Positions 42,013 through 55,167 of a stretch of 64,000 nucleotides of DNA are shown in pieces. Source of the DNA: Chrysomallon squamiferum. Its lineage: Eukaryota; Animalia; Mollusca. Both the position numbers and the translations under genes were made by a program. Location: positions 20,646,001 to 20,710,000 of the forward strand of contig CM022670.1 of assembly GCA_012295275.1 (NCBI GenBank), read 5' to 3'. Position 1 is the first letter of the stretch, and each line of letters opens with the position of its first letter. The notes under the pieces were generated by a model that did no database searches, was not told the origin of the DNA, and worked only from the letters and a program-made list of their open reading frames with translations.

Positions 42013-43528
42013 AAGTAAGAGATTTGGTTATTCTGTCGATACATTTTTTTCTGTCCTATTGTTACGTTATGAAGGCTGAATAAAAATTTTGAAATTTTAA
42101 TTTTTATAAATATATAACACATATAAAAAGAAAAGAAGAAAGAAAAATAAAGACACAAAGAGAAAACTACCACTAAATTTAAATTTGGTTGCAATGTACT
42201 GACTGAAAATTAAAAATATATTAATATTAATAATACTTATATCTTGCTTCTACTAATTATGAAGACGATAATGAAAATGATGATGTAAATAATAATAATC
42301 ACACTGCTAGTGCTAATACTACTTTTATTACTACTATTACTAATTATTTTACTACTAAAATACTATTTACTGATGATAATAATGATGAAGATGATAAAGA
42401 GAATGATGCTAAAAATAATAATATTAATAATAAGAACAATAAAATTATAACTGTATGCTCTTGAAATATTCTGTATTAAGAATACCTGCGAAAAGTAGAA
42501 ATGATCTTAACAGCAGAAAGACCACTGAAAATGAGAAAGTATTGTTTGAATGATGATATTAACTGACAATAATTAAATGCAATTAACTTTTGAACTGGAA
42601 AATTGACTGTAATAAATGTCATTTACAATGTCTGTTGTTGTTGGTTGTGTTTTTTTTTTTTTTTTTTTAAGAAAATGAAATCACAGCTAAAACGACATAC
42701 ATATAATAAAATATACATTGTTACATAAGCATGCACACATAATCAGCTGTTATTGTTGTTGTTATATTATTATTATTATTATTATTATTGTTTCTAATAT
42801 AGTGTTTGTTGCTATTGCATAAAATAATTGAGCACTATTTCATTACTTGTTCTAATATTAATTTCTGCAGATAAAAAAGTTCGCACAATGACCTTTTATA
42901 ACATTTATTTATTTATTTATTTTAATATATGGTGAGTGTTTAAAGTACATACATATTATTAAAAATACATACCGATTACATCTGTAAATCGAAAGAGAGG
43001 ACAGTCTAAATATCGACTATTTTATAACGACCATTGCTAATTGAGAAGTGATAACAATCAGAACTCCTTACTTGTTTTGAAGAGAAATGTTAAAATGAAT
43101 GCAATGCCTTAATTATAAATAAATAATGTTTCAGTCAACATTTCACCTTTAGCGTAAATGATCGTGTCGTATGTTTTACCTCGTTTGTCAAACTGGGAGC
43201 AGTTCTGACACCTAGTGAAGGGTTAATGCTTTTATGAAATGTTTATCGCGTAACCGAATACTCAAACTCATAATGTTTGACAAAAACTGTAAAACTTTGA
43301 CACTGCTGAGTAAGAAATAAGGTATTTTGAAAAAATCTATGTAACAATATAATTTCAGTGACATCAGGCTAATATACATCACGATATTATTTAGTGTATA
43401 CAGTATTATTTTATAATCAGAAAAATCATGTAAACAGTTTTATGTTAAAAAGTGGATAATAACAGGAACATGTTCTATGTTGTTGATCGTTCATTTTCTG
43501 TCGTTTCATTTGTCACCCATTCCATGCT

Positions 43529-43622
43529 CTCAGTCTCACGTATTACTATTATCCATTCATGACGTTGCCAGTTTTACGTTGTAATTAGTGGTTGTAGCAC
43601 TGGGGACGTGGGGCTGTGAATT
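43529..43622. other. 94-nt invariant non-coding element, copy 2
   Basis: Identical to 5389-5482. Confidence 0.6.
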
Positions 43623-44749
43623 GTTTTTCATCTTGTTATCAGCATTATATTTAAAGTTTTCTTCTTGTGCTTTTCATTGATATTAACATTATTCTGTATG
43701 AATATTCAAATCTGATCAGTTGATCAAGATATCTATTTTAGTAGGTAATTTAAATATGTTATTTCTCTTTCTTAATTATCTTTTATATCCCTAACAGCTT
43801 CTATCGTCAAACACAAAGTTATTAGCTAATTTAGTTAACAAAATTTGTATTTGATGGATTTAATAGTCGTCTAATTTTTTTAGTAGATAATTTAAATGTG
43901 ATGTTTCTGTTTGTCCATTGTGTTCCTATAAGCTTCTATCTTCAAATACATAATTACATGTTTGAAAAAAAAAAATCATATTAAATATGTGAATAACACA
44001 TGAAAAATAAATCATATGATACAGTCATTGAGTTTGTACTCCATAATTTTGAAATTTTTTATAGGTTATTGTTAATAAGTTTCAGTAATATCTAAAGCTA
44101 TATCATTATTATATACCTGAAAGACCTATCCGGGTTATTAATAATGAATACCTGCAACATCTCTGTTTCTTTTCTGTGTTTAGTTCCTCTGTAATTTAGA
44201 TATTAATTACTGTAATTATTTTCTAAATATTTGTGAGTTACTGAACTTAGGGCTCTATCGCCACAGCTTATTTTCCTTATAACATTATTAAATTTCCTTA
44301 TAACAGTATTAAAACACTGAATATATTTGTAACACAATTCCATAATGATAAAATTTGAAGAAAATATTTGAAGAGAAAGACAGAGAAAAAAAAAGAAAGA
44401 AAGAAAGAAAGAAAACAGAACTTATCGGGAAACTTAATATGAAAATATTAAATTCACTTGTCCTCGTTTTATTTTGAAACGTGAAAATAAATAGCTTTTC
44501 TTCAGCTGACTTGAAGAAAATTAATTCGAAAAGCTACATTATACATTAGAATGAAAACTCGCGCTAGCAACAGAACAACACATTTTGTAAAACTTATTGA
44601 CCAGGCGTAGGTCTAAATTGCAATATAATATAACATTTTTAATCTGAATTTAATCTAGTGTCTTGATATCAAACAGTTTTCGTTTTCATCCTGATCTGTA
44701 ACGTTTGTTCAGTTCAAGAAGAATATACAAAGATTGTATGAATGGTTGT

Positions 44750-45492
44750 GTGAATGGTTTCATGTTTTTACTTTTTAGAAACTGAATGACTTTCCCAGCT
44801 CTAACAAGATCCATGTCTGTGAATATTAGCATCTCCATTAAAATGTACTTGACATTAACTTCTGTGAAAAATCGCTTTGCTCCTTTGTCTCTCGGTCCTG
44901 TACAGACATGCAAATTCTTTTCGCTGTCTGTGGTAAAGCTTATACTGCCACAACTCGTTTTCCCATTTTAGCTGGAGCTTATGCACCCAGATTAGCACCC
45001 ATATCTAGAAAATCCATGGTCTTGTCTTTTGCCATAATATCAACGACCATTTTCATCAGTTCAGGTTCCCAGCTGCCTTTCTCTATTATTGATCTCGATA
45101 CAATTCTGTCCGTGTGTTTAGAGTAGACATATATAGGTACATTTCCAGCCATTGTTTTTAAATTTGTTTTCACGGTGTTGTGTTTATCTGGACAGTCTAT
45201 ATCTGTCGGTTTCCACCTGCCGTCATGTCTGACAAGAACAGTGCACGAACAAACGCCTGTGTTTCTCTTTAAAGAAGTAAAATACTGTTTCAGTATGGAA
45301 TCCGTTGATGACTTCACATTATCTGGAGTGTTGATGCTGGCTGAAAACATGTCCCAAGGAGAGTTCAGATCAGGCGAATGCCACATCCACATGATAAATA
45401 CTGTTATTATCATTAACAAAAACAGAATTTGCCATTTTCCCCACACCAACGATTTATTTATTTCAAACAAATTAAATTGTTTTTTCTTATAT
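44750..45492 (-). pseudogene. FkbM methyltransferase copy 2, internal deletions and frameshifts
   Basis: Start ATG>ATA (FEINKS), stop after GANLGA, a large deletion between LCRSVQ and GAKRFF, and the C-terminus lost after MKPFT. Confidence 0.85.
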
Positions 45493-46490
45493 CTGAAAAA
45501 GTAAGGAAAAAATATATATTTATATATATACACACATCTAATACTTTTAAAAATACCTTCATCAGATTTTGCTGTTGAATGCATATTTGAATTTTACTTC
45601 TCAGATTTTGTTAGGAACAGTTATCTGCAAATACACATTTAACTATTGCATTAAATGAAGTGTAACTATTAGCTGGTGTTGCCGTTATAATAATTGTTTT
45701 AACTGGAGTGAAAGACGCGGTAGCGATAAATGACAAATTGACTCAATATTTGTTTAACGACACTCCAAAGTAATAATCTGCTTCTGGGTGTCATTGTATG
45801 ATCACAGTGGTGATACAGATAATGTGTAACAAAATGTGTCCGTTAAAAAAGCTGCTTTATTATATTTTGAACTGTATATAATTAATAGAATTAACATACG
45901 AACTATGATCGCATACATCGTTTAAAATTTATGATAAAAATTAACTATGGTACTAACGAAAAGAGCAGAACATCAGTGTATTCATTGAGCTATCGAATAA
46001 TTACAAATAAAACTAAATCGTAATATTTAGTACCCATTAATGTTATTCCTATCCTTTAAAAGGACAGATCTATGTAGATAACTTAATAACAAACAAATTA
46101 ATTCATAATAATTTGATTCATTGTCTTCAGTATATTAATTACTTCAAGACTTCGTTTTCTTTTCGTGAAAATATTCAGAATATTTACCTGCTAGAAACAA
46201 TAGGTAGCTTGTGTACAACCACACTACATTTATACAGATAGATTCTGATAGACTTTCTTGATTATTTTTTGTTGCTTAACCAGGCTATTATATCACTGCT
46301 ATTATATATAACATGAAATAAATTTCAGCCAGTAAACTGAAAGGTATTCAGATTTCACGGTGAAAACTAGACGTAAGCAATATTTATTTAAAGAATCTGA
46401 AAATGCCTTTCTTCTATTTGTTTTGCAACCAATGGATGTCACGCATTACCACGTATTACACTAATGTAAACAATGTACACGAAAACCAAC

Positions 46491-47514
46491 AGAGGTATTT
46501 GACATTCCTATTGACAAACTATACTGAAACTAGTCTATTTACAAACTCAGGGGGGGGTGGCAGACAATTTGTTATGGGCGATATGAGTATCTGAGTAGGA
46601 GACTTTAAACTTTGGCAGCTAACTTGTACATATTTCGAAGAAGATCGTATAATGGAAAAACCAGATCTCTCGGAACAATTCAGATCCAGATCAAGGGGTA
46701 GCTGGTACCCATCCCCCACAAACGCGCTTCAAACATTGGCGATAACTTCTTTGTTCAGCAAGTCTTTGTAGTGATACCATTTATAGCCAGAGTATGTGCA
46801 TCTTTGTGGCAGACACATCTCTGACTGAAAACTGACAACATGGCCGAATACTATGTTCAACAAACATATGAAGGAAATGTGAGCAACTTATTGTTACATG
46901 CTTTATGCTTAAAAGAAATCTATAAATAAACCAGTTAGTTTGGAGTAACATGTAACTGTTATATTGAAGATTGTACTTTACTCATATACTCACACAAACA
47001 CCTTCATACTTGTACAACCCATACTAAGTATTTATGACTCCAAGCAATAAACACCTCAGCTATTTGCGGTAGACTGAATAATTAAGAACATAACTGAAAC
47101 TATTGTTCTCTGTAGTTATTTGAACCGTATCATTAATTTCATTTGTTTTTTTGTTATCCTAGGTGTTGTGACAATTTCCCGTCCCACATTCAGCGCGATA
47201 TATAGGCCAATGTTTCTTGTCTTTCACTGGGTTCTCACCTAAAAATGTGCCGAACAAACCCTCGTGTTTACAATAACATTAAAATCTTTTTCATTTCTAA
47301 GTGAAGCGATTATCCACAAACGTTTCCGATATGCATTTCCCAGACTGTTGCAATTGGAACAGTCAATAACTGAACATTCGTCATGGCCTCCCATTATAGC
47401 ATGATTGCTTTTGCCCACCAACTTGCAAGTTGGGCTATTTTTGCGAGATCTCGCGATTTGTTCCTAGAATTACCCAGCAACGGGCACATGCGCAGTGGAA
47501 TGTGAAATGCCTCT
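46491..47514 (-). mobile_element. Internally deleted ISL2EU/Harbinger-type DNA transposon with THAP domain remnant
   Basis: 18-bp TIRs AGAGGTATTTGACATTCC / GGAATGTGAAATGCCTCT (16/18 match). Absent at the homologous sites (accaatcag at ~35201 and ~54197). THAP C2CH pattern CSVIDC..W..RVCSAHF at 47239-47394. Transposase-like traces TYSGYK, LWG and ERSGF. Confidence 0.75.
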
Positions 47515-49497
47515 ATTAGAAGATACAGGGATAATTCAGTGAGAGCTATTAAGGAAGGATCCGGTAGAGGATAGCACAAGACAAAAAAATATGTCAACAA
47601 CATGCTGAGGTTTGGCCCAACAGTGGGCTACACAATAATAATGATTAAAATACACGAATTTTGAAAACTCACTTTAAAAAATTATCTACGTGCTAAGTAT
47701 TATTTTGAATATAGTAATCACACACAAATATTCTTCAGTCAATTATTTCAGTATACTTGTGTTTAAAATAGATCATCACTTTTGAAATGTTTAAATATTA
47801 TTTTGTTGCATGAAAATGATAAGTTAATATGAATCTGACGAGGGAAATTGGGCTAAAAAAGTGAATGGGTTGGTTCTTTTCATTTCGTTTCTTTAATAAT
47901 TTTGTTTTGCTTTGTTTGTTTGTTTGCTTGTTTGTTTGCTTGTTTGTTGTTGTTGTTTTTTTACTTAAAATTTTAAAATCTCTTTTATAGAAATAAAATA
48001 CAAAATACAAGAAAGGAGAAAACGCCTTCGGTCGTTTGTAATACCAGGATTTCATACTGTCCTGAGTAATCTTGTTAAGTAAATTTTAGGTTTCGCTCTA
48101 TCATTATGACAAATACTTGCAGGCTTGTATAGATTTAATATTAATAGAAACAGATATTATTATTTAATTGCCATTACAGTAATAATAAAAATTCAAAAGC
48201 ATATTTTGTGGGTTTTGTTGTGCTGTTTTTTTTACAGGGCGTCTAGTGCAATCGCATTTGACGCGTCTTGTAACTAAATTTGCAACTCCCAATACGCATA
48301 ACAATCACCCCAAAATAACATTAACTATACACACAGACCTTTATATTTTAGATACAAACAGTTTTATGCCACAAAATTGCTCTTATATATATTTAGTTAA
48401 ATTGAAATTTTCTAGAAAGCAACATCAAACTACCTTTCAGTCATTTAAACGGAGCCGAAAAATCTTATAGTAAAGATTCAGGAGCATATTGTGTGTATTT
48501 CACAGATCTATTTCATATATGTTTCAAACAAATATACAATTTAGATACACCCTCAATAATGTAAAGAAAATGTCCTGATCACGTTTTATATTTTACTTTA
48601 TACAACATCGCGTATAATTATGGTGAAGGTCAAGAAATATATTTAAAGAAGAAAGTTTTTGTTTTCAGTTTTAAAAAAATCATCTTTTAGATGTTAACAA
48701 GATAATAAATTAAACAAGGAAAACAACTCTCATATCCTTAAATATTAGAGTAAGCTTTAACGCCGATTATCTACCTTTTATTAACTTTTTTTTATCATTT
48801 ATCATTAACATTTTATTACTTTTAAAATAAGCAAAAGCATATCTAGAAGAAATAATGAAAGAAAGAAAATTTGTTATTTAATAATAATAATAATAATAAA
48901 AATAATAATAATAATAATAACAATAATAATAACAATGATGATGATGATGATGATATTACTATGAACATCTGTGAGAAATTAAAAAAGTGACATTCCTTAA
49001 AACACGTGTTCTGACTGACATATTTTAAGTATCATGAAATAAAAATGTTCGATAATAAGTTACATAGTTGTAAATAACAAAACTCTCATGTGTATGCTCT
49101 AACGTAATAAGCCCATGTATAAAAATTATTTTAGCAATAGTGTTACAATTTTATTAATATTCTTAACATCAGCGACCATTTCTCCTCACAAAACTTATTA
49201 TCTTGTCATTATTAATTTAATTATTGGCTGCTGTATGCAAATAAACCATTAACCAAGATCGAGAACCAAATAAAATAAAAACAAATATCAAAGAAAATTT
49301 GAATACAACAGTCCATGGAAAGCATCATTCCAATAAAAAAGATCATTAATAAAACGTTTAAAACAATGGTATATACTATAATCTAAAAAAAAAAAAAAAA
49401 TCAACAATTATATCTTACTAAGAGTGTGAAACATTACTTGAAATGACGAATGCAGTTTTAATTGTCTTTCTTTGCTCTTCTGAAACCCAGTTACAGT

Positions 49498-50072
49498 ATG
49501 CGAGAATGACCATAGTAAATATATCTAAATATATCACCAATGGTATTATATAATGTTTCTATCATTTCCGAACTGCAATTCAGCTTTCGAAACTTAAACC
49601 ACAAACGTTTCCTCGATGCATACAGTTGATTCATTCCTTTTTTTTTTTAGGTAAATGATTTCTCCGTATCAATTAAATTTCTGTATTTGATAGCTAACTG
49701 CGCTGGAAGCTGAACCGAATGTTGGTTCCAGACTTTGTCATTAAACGTTGAGTAATTCGAATGCCATAGCTTAATGAAGTCAGACCAAGGTGCGGCTATG
49801 AGCACACCATTACAGAAACCGGCGAGCATAATTCTTTTGGAATTTCTTTCTTAATGAGATAGAGATCATGAATCTTGTGTCGCATGTCTTTAAAGTATTT
49901 TCGTTTTGGAATGTAATCAATCCATACATATATTCGGTCAGGTTGCAAACGTTTCTGTGCTGCTAAAAATGCTATCATGTAATGGAACAGAAAAGGTTTG
50001 TGTTTAGTACCAAGACAAGTTTAGAATTTTTTCAAAGTATTATTCCTGTGGTAGATAAAACATTCAACAGAT
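49498..50072 (-). pseudogene. GT32 copy D, 5'-truncated, DXD region deleted
   Basis: Fragments IAFLAAQK...KKEIPKE and CNGVLIAAPWSDF are joined out of frame. The 5' end is fused to the 94-nt element. Confidence 0.85.
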
Positions 50073-50166
50073 CTCAGTCTCACGTATTACTATTATCCAT
50101 TCATGACGTTGCCAGTTTTACGTTGTAATTAGTGGTTGTAGCACTGGGGACGTGGGGCTGTGAATT
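50073..50166. other. 94-nt invariant non-coding element, copy 3
   Basis: Identical to 5389-5482. Confidence 0.6.
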
Positions 50167-50814
50167 GTTTTTCACCATGTTATCAGCATTATATTTAAAG
50201 TTTTCTTCTTGTGCTTTTCATTGTTATTAACATTATTCTGTATGAATATTCAACTCTGATAAGTTAATCAAAATATCTATTTTAGTAGGTAATTTAAATA
50301 TGTTATTTCTCTTTCTTTATTATCTTTTATATCCCTAAAAGCTTCTATCGTCAAACACAAAGTTATTAGCTAATTTAGTTAACAAAATTTGTATTTGATG
50401 GATTTAATAGTCGTCTAATTTTTTTTAGTAGATAATTTAAATGTGATGTTTCTGTTTGTCCATTGTGTTCCTATAAGCTTCTATCTTCAAATACATAATT
50501 ACATGTTTGAACAAAAATATCATATTAAATATTTGAATAACACATGAAAAATAAAACATATGATACAGTCATTGAGTTTGTACTTCATAATTTTGAAATG
50601 TTTTATAGGTTATCGTTAATAAGTTTCAGTAATATCTAAAGGTATATCATTATTATATACCTGAATGATCTATCCAGTTTATTAATAATGAATACCTGCA
50701 ATATCTCTATTTCTTTTCTAAAAAACACAACCTCCCCCACACAGTATCCGTCTCATCTCGAAATCAAAATCTGAACTACTAGCTATTTTCATCATGATCA
50801 TCATCATCATCATA

Positions 50815-50857
<43 letters not shown>

Positions 50858-51812
50858 AAAGTACGTAAACAATGGCTGCTTTAATATTTCACTGAATGTT
50901 TTGAAAAATAATTGACAGTATATTTATAAAAAGGATAATTGCGGATGGACGTTTGTGTTAGTATCCACAGTGTAGAGTAATCTTCAATTTAGGTAAATAT
51001 TATGTAAATATTATTCTACAATTTGTTTTTCTCAAAATGTCAGATAAAACCTTCTGAGGTGACTTTCGCTTGAGAATCTTTTCAGATCAACATATTTTAC
51101 TTCTCATCGTTTAAAACTGAAAAAAGATAACAATAAAATAATAAATAAATAAATAAACAATTGTTCATTCAAATATCCTGATAACATTATCAAATCACTG
51201 ATTATATTTGTAACAAAATTCCATAATGATGAAATTTGAAGAGAGAGAGAGAGAAAAAAAAAAAAAAAAAGAAAGAAAGAAAACAGACCTGAACGGGAAA
51301 CCTAATATGAAAGGATTAAATTCACTTGTCCTCTTTTTGTTTTGAAACGTGAAAATAAATTCCTTTTCTCCACCTGAATAGAAGAAAATTAATGCGAAAA
51401 GCTACGCTATACATTAGAATGAAAACTCAATTGCTTTGTAAGCCACTGTGCAATTAGACACCCTTTTATGAATTATTTATGTTTGTGGTAGCATCGGAAC
51501 AACACATTTTGTAAAACTTATTGATCAGGCGTAGGCCTAAATTGCAATATAACATGACATTTTTTATTTTATTTTCTTCTTTTTTAAACGGGTATTTGTG
51601 TATATATATATATATGGCTGTGTTTCTATGTATGCGGCAAAGTAATATTACGTAACAGAATTAACAATACAATGAATATACCTTGAGTATACCTGAATTT
51701 GTTTAAAACTGAATTTAATCTAGTGTCTTGATATCAAACGAGATTTTGCCAGTTTTGGTTTAAAGCCTGATCTGTAAGGTTTGTTCAGTTAAAGAAGAAT
51801 ATACAAAGATTG

Positions 51813-51913
<101 letters not shown>

Positions 51914-52149
51914 TGTGTGTGTGTGTGTACATGGAAAGAGAGACATTTGGAGTTATCTCACTGAATATTATGCATATACACATGTGCACTCATAATATAT
52001 GGTCCATATAGATATATATATTCAGAATATAGTACGTGATGTTCATATTAGTTATGAAATAAAGCAGTGAAACCAACCATTATAAAGTGTTTTCTTAATT
52101 TGTATTTCAGTATATATATTCTTTTTTTTATTCCTTACATAAACATATT

Positions 52150-53187
52150 TCAAGATTTACACCATAAAATATCATGTGCAGAGCCTTTTCTCAACAATGA
52201 GTCTGGATTCAGTGACACTTTCAGATTTGCTTTTGTGAATGGTTTCATGTTCTTATTTTTTAGAAATTGAATGATTTTCTCAGCTCTAACAAGATCCATG
52301 TCTGTGAATATTAGCATCTCCATTAAAATGTACTTGACATTAACTTCCGTGAAAAATCGCTTTGCTCCTTCCAAAATTTTAATTTCGTGTCTTTCGGCAT
52401 CTATCTTCATAAAAACATTTTTCGTTGGAAATATTTCTAAAACGTCATCGAGTAAAATCGATTCTACTGAGTTTTTTAAGTTTTCACTTTTATTTGTACT
52501 TTCGATGATATATGTTGCACCCACATTGTCTTTATTGAAACCAAAACTGAACCGACTTCGTTTGTTAGAAATAGCATTGTTAATTATTAATGGAATGAAT
52601 CCTGTGAAATTTGTCTCCTGTACAGACCTGCAAAGATTTTTCGCTGTCTCTGGCAAAGCTTCTACTGCCACAACTCGTTTTCCTATTTTAGCTAGTGTTA
52701 GAGCATATACACCCAGATTAGCACCGATGTCTATAAAATCCATGGTCTTGTCTTTTGTCATGATATCAGTGACCATTTTCACCAGTTCAGGTTCCCAGCT
52801 GCCTTTCTCTATTATTGATCTCGATACAAATATGTCCGTTTGTTTAGGGTAGACATATATCGGTACATTTCCAGCCATTGTTTTTAAATTTGTTTTCACG
52901 GTGTTGTGTTTATCTGGACAGTCTATATCTGACGGTTTCCACCTGCCGTCATGTCTGACAAGAACACTGCACGAACAAACGCCTGTTTTTGTCTTTAACG
53001 AAGTAAAATACTGTTTCAGTATGGAATCCGTTGATGACTTCACATTATCTGGAGTGTTGATGCTGGCTGAAAACATGTCCCAAGGAGAGTTCAGATCAGG
53101 CGAATGCCACATCCACATGACAAATAATGTTATTATCATTAACAAAAGCACCATTCGCCATTTACGCAAAACCAACGATATATTCAT
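52150..53187 (-). CDS. FkbM-family (Methyltransf_21) SAM-dependent methyltransferase with N-terminal signal anchor, copy 3 (intact, 345 aa)
   Basis: Motifs FIDIGANLG, VVAVEA, NNAISN, NVGAT, LDD, FMKIDAERHE and ILME. N-terminus RKWR then MVLLLMIITLFVMWMW. First in-frame ATG at 53187, downstream of an in-frame stop just after the acceptor at 53218. Confidence 0.9.
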   Translation of the reverse strand: MNISLVLRKWRMVLLLMIITLFVMWMWHSPDLNSPWDMFSASINTPDNVKSSTDSILKQYFTSLKTKTGVCSCSVLVRHDGRWKPSDIDCPDKHNTVKTNLKTMAGNVPIYVYPKQTDIFVSRSIIEKGSWEPELVKMVTDIMTKDKTMDFIDIGANLGVYALTLAKIGKRVVAVEALPETAKNLCRSVQETNFTGFIPLIINNAISNKRSRFSFGFNKDNVGATYIIESTNKSENLKNSVESILLDDVLEIFPTKNVFMKIDAERHEIKILEGAKRFFTEVNVKYILMEMLIFTDMDLVRAEKIIQFLKNKNMKPFTKANLKVSLNPDSLLRKGSAHDILWCKS

Positions 53188-54815
53188 TTCAAACAAATTA
53201 AATTGTATTTTCTTCTATCTGAAAAAATAAAGAAAGAATATATATTATATATATACACACATCTAATACTTTTAAAAATGGATATTTGAATTTTGTTTCT
53301 CAGATTTTGTTAGCAACGAAATATATTAAATCATATATCAGCAAATACACATTTAACTGTTGCGTTAAGTGAAGTGTAACTATTAGCTGGTGTTCCCGTT
53401 ATAATAACTGTTTTAACTGGAGTGAAAGACGCGATAGTGTAAATGACAAATTGACTCAATATTTGTTTAACGACACTCCAAAGTAATAATCTGCTTCTGG
53501 GTGTCATTGTATGATCACAGTGGTGATACGTATAACAAAATGTATCAGTGTAAAAAGCTACTTTATTATATTTTGAACTGTATATAATTAATAAAATCAA
53601 AATACGAACTATGATCGCATACATCGTTTAAAAATTATAATAAAAGTTACCTTTTGTACTAACGAAAAGAGCAGAACATCAGTGTATTCATTGAGCTATC
53701 GAAAAATTACAAATAAAACTAAATCGTAATATTTTGTACCTATTAAAATTATTCCTACCCTTTAAAATTACAAATCTATGTAGATAACTTAATAAGAAAT
53801 AAACTAATGCAAAATAATTTGATTCATTGTCGTCAGTATATTAATTAATGTAAGGTTTCGTTTTCTTTTCCTGAAAATATGCAGAACAAAAGGGTAGGAA
53901 CAATAGATGGTTGTCCACGACTAATTGAATTTAGACAGACTCATACAGACAGATTCTGAAATTTACCTGATTGTAAACCTGTAACTCATTTTCAAGATAA
54001 GGACTTTCTTGATTATTTGTTTTTGGTGCTTAACCAGGAGAATATATAAATAAGTGTGCTATTATATGCAAGATGAAAAAAAAATTCAGCAACGTTTATT
54101 TAAGCAATCTGAACATGCCTTTCTTCTGTTTGTTGTGCAACCAATGGATGTCGGGCATCACCACGTTATATTGGAATAGAAACGATGAAGAAAAAAACCA
54201 ATCAGATGACGTGGCGATAAACTCAATGAGCACTAGTAAGGGAGCATCCGATAAAGGATAGTACAAGACAGAAAAATATGTCAACGTTTTGACATATTTT
54301 TCTGTCTTGTGTCATCTTGCTGAGGTTAGGCCCAACAATGGGACAATTCAGCTACACAATAATACAGGTTAAAATACATGAATTAAAAAAGTCAGTTTTA
54401 TTTTGTTTTGCTTTGTTTGTTTGTTTGTTGTTGTTGTTTTAGTTACTTAAAATTTTAAAATGTTAATTATAGAATTGGGCTTTTATGCAAAATTCAAAAT
54501 ACAAGAAAGGAAATAACTCCTTCGGTCGTTTCTAATACCAATATTTCAGACTGTCTTGAGTAAGCTTGCTAAGTAAATTTTAGGTTTCGCTGTATCATCA
54601 TGTCGAGTACTGGCAGGCGTGTATAGATTTAATATTAATAAGAAAAGATATTGTTATTTAAATGCTATTACGGCAATAATAATGATTCAGAAGCATATCG
54701 TGTTTTTTTTTTTTTTGTGTTTAACAAACTATTTAATGATATACTGGTGATACTTTCTTAAGAAAATTTGGATTATTATATTATATGTTCTACATAAATT
54801 ACCGTGAAAAACAAC

Positions 54816-54952
54816 TTTAGTGTTCTCCTTAATTTGTATTTCAGTATATATATATTCTTTATTTATCCTGACATCAACACCATAAAATATCATGTGTAGA
54901 GCCTTTTCTCAGCAATGAATCTGGATTCAGTGGCACTTTCAGAACCACTTTC
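54816..54952 (-). pseudogene. Inserted fragment of the MT 3' end (LKVPLNPDSLLRKGSTHDILWC* plus 3' UTR)
   Basis: Matches 52090-52225. Absent at the homologous sites ~36570 and ~63925. Flanked by an acaac direct repeat. Confidence 0.8.
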
Positions 54953-55167
54953 ACAACAAGTACGATAACCAAATAAAATAAAAACAAAAATCAAAGAAAA
55001 ATTGAAACACAGCAGTATATACTATAATCTAAAAAAAATAAATGTAAAATAAAATAAAATAAAAATGTAAACAATAATTAAATCTTAATAACAGTATTAA
55101 ATATTACTTGAAAAGTCCTGTGCAATTTTAATTGTGTTTCTATTGCTCTTCTGATATCCAGTTACAG

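Noticed and set aside
43137-43227. piggyBac-like end (agggttaa)
   Set aside because: The matching left end is too degenerate to support a call.
52271-52852. 193-aa plus-strand ORF (also 61290-61871, 52901-53230, 33901-34338, 26506-26748, 37116-37367)
   Set aside because: Antisense shadows of the MT and GT coding exons with no independent motifs. They recur only because the genes are duplicated.
52150-53187. Bacterial contamination or recent HGT of the intronless FkbM and GT ORFs
   Set aside because: They have spliceosomal acceptors, upstream exons, signal anchors and host-like AT content. Ancient HGT cannot be judged without a phylogeny.
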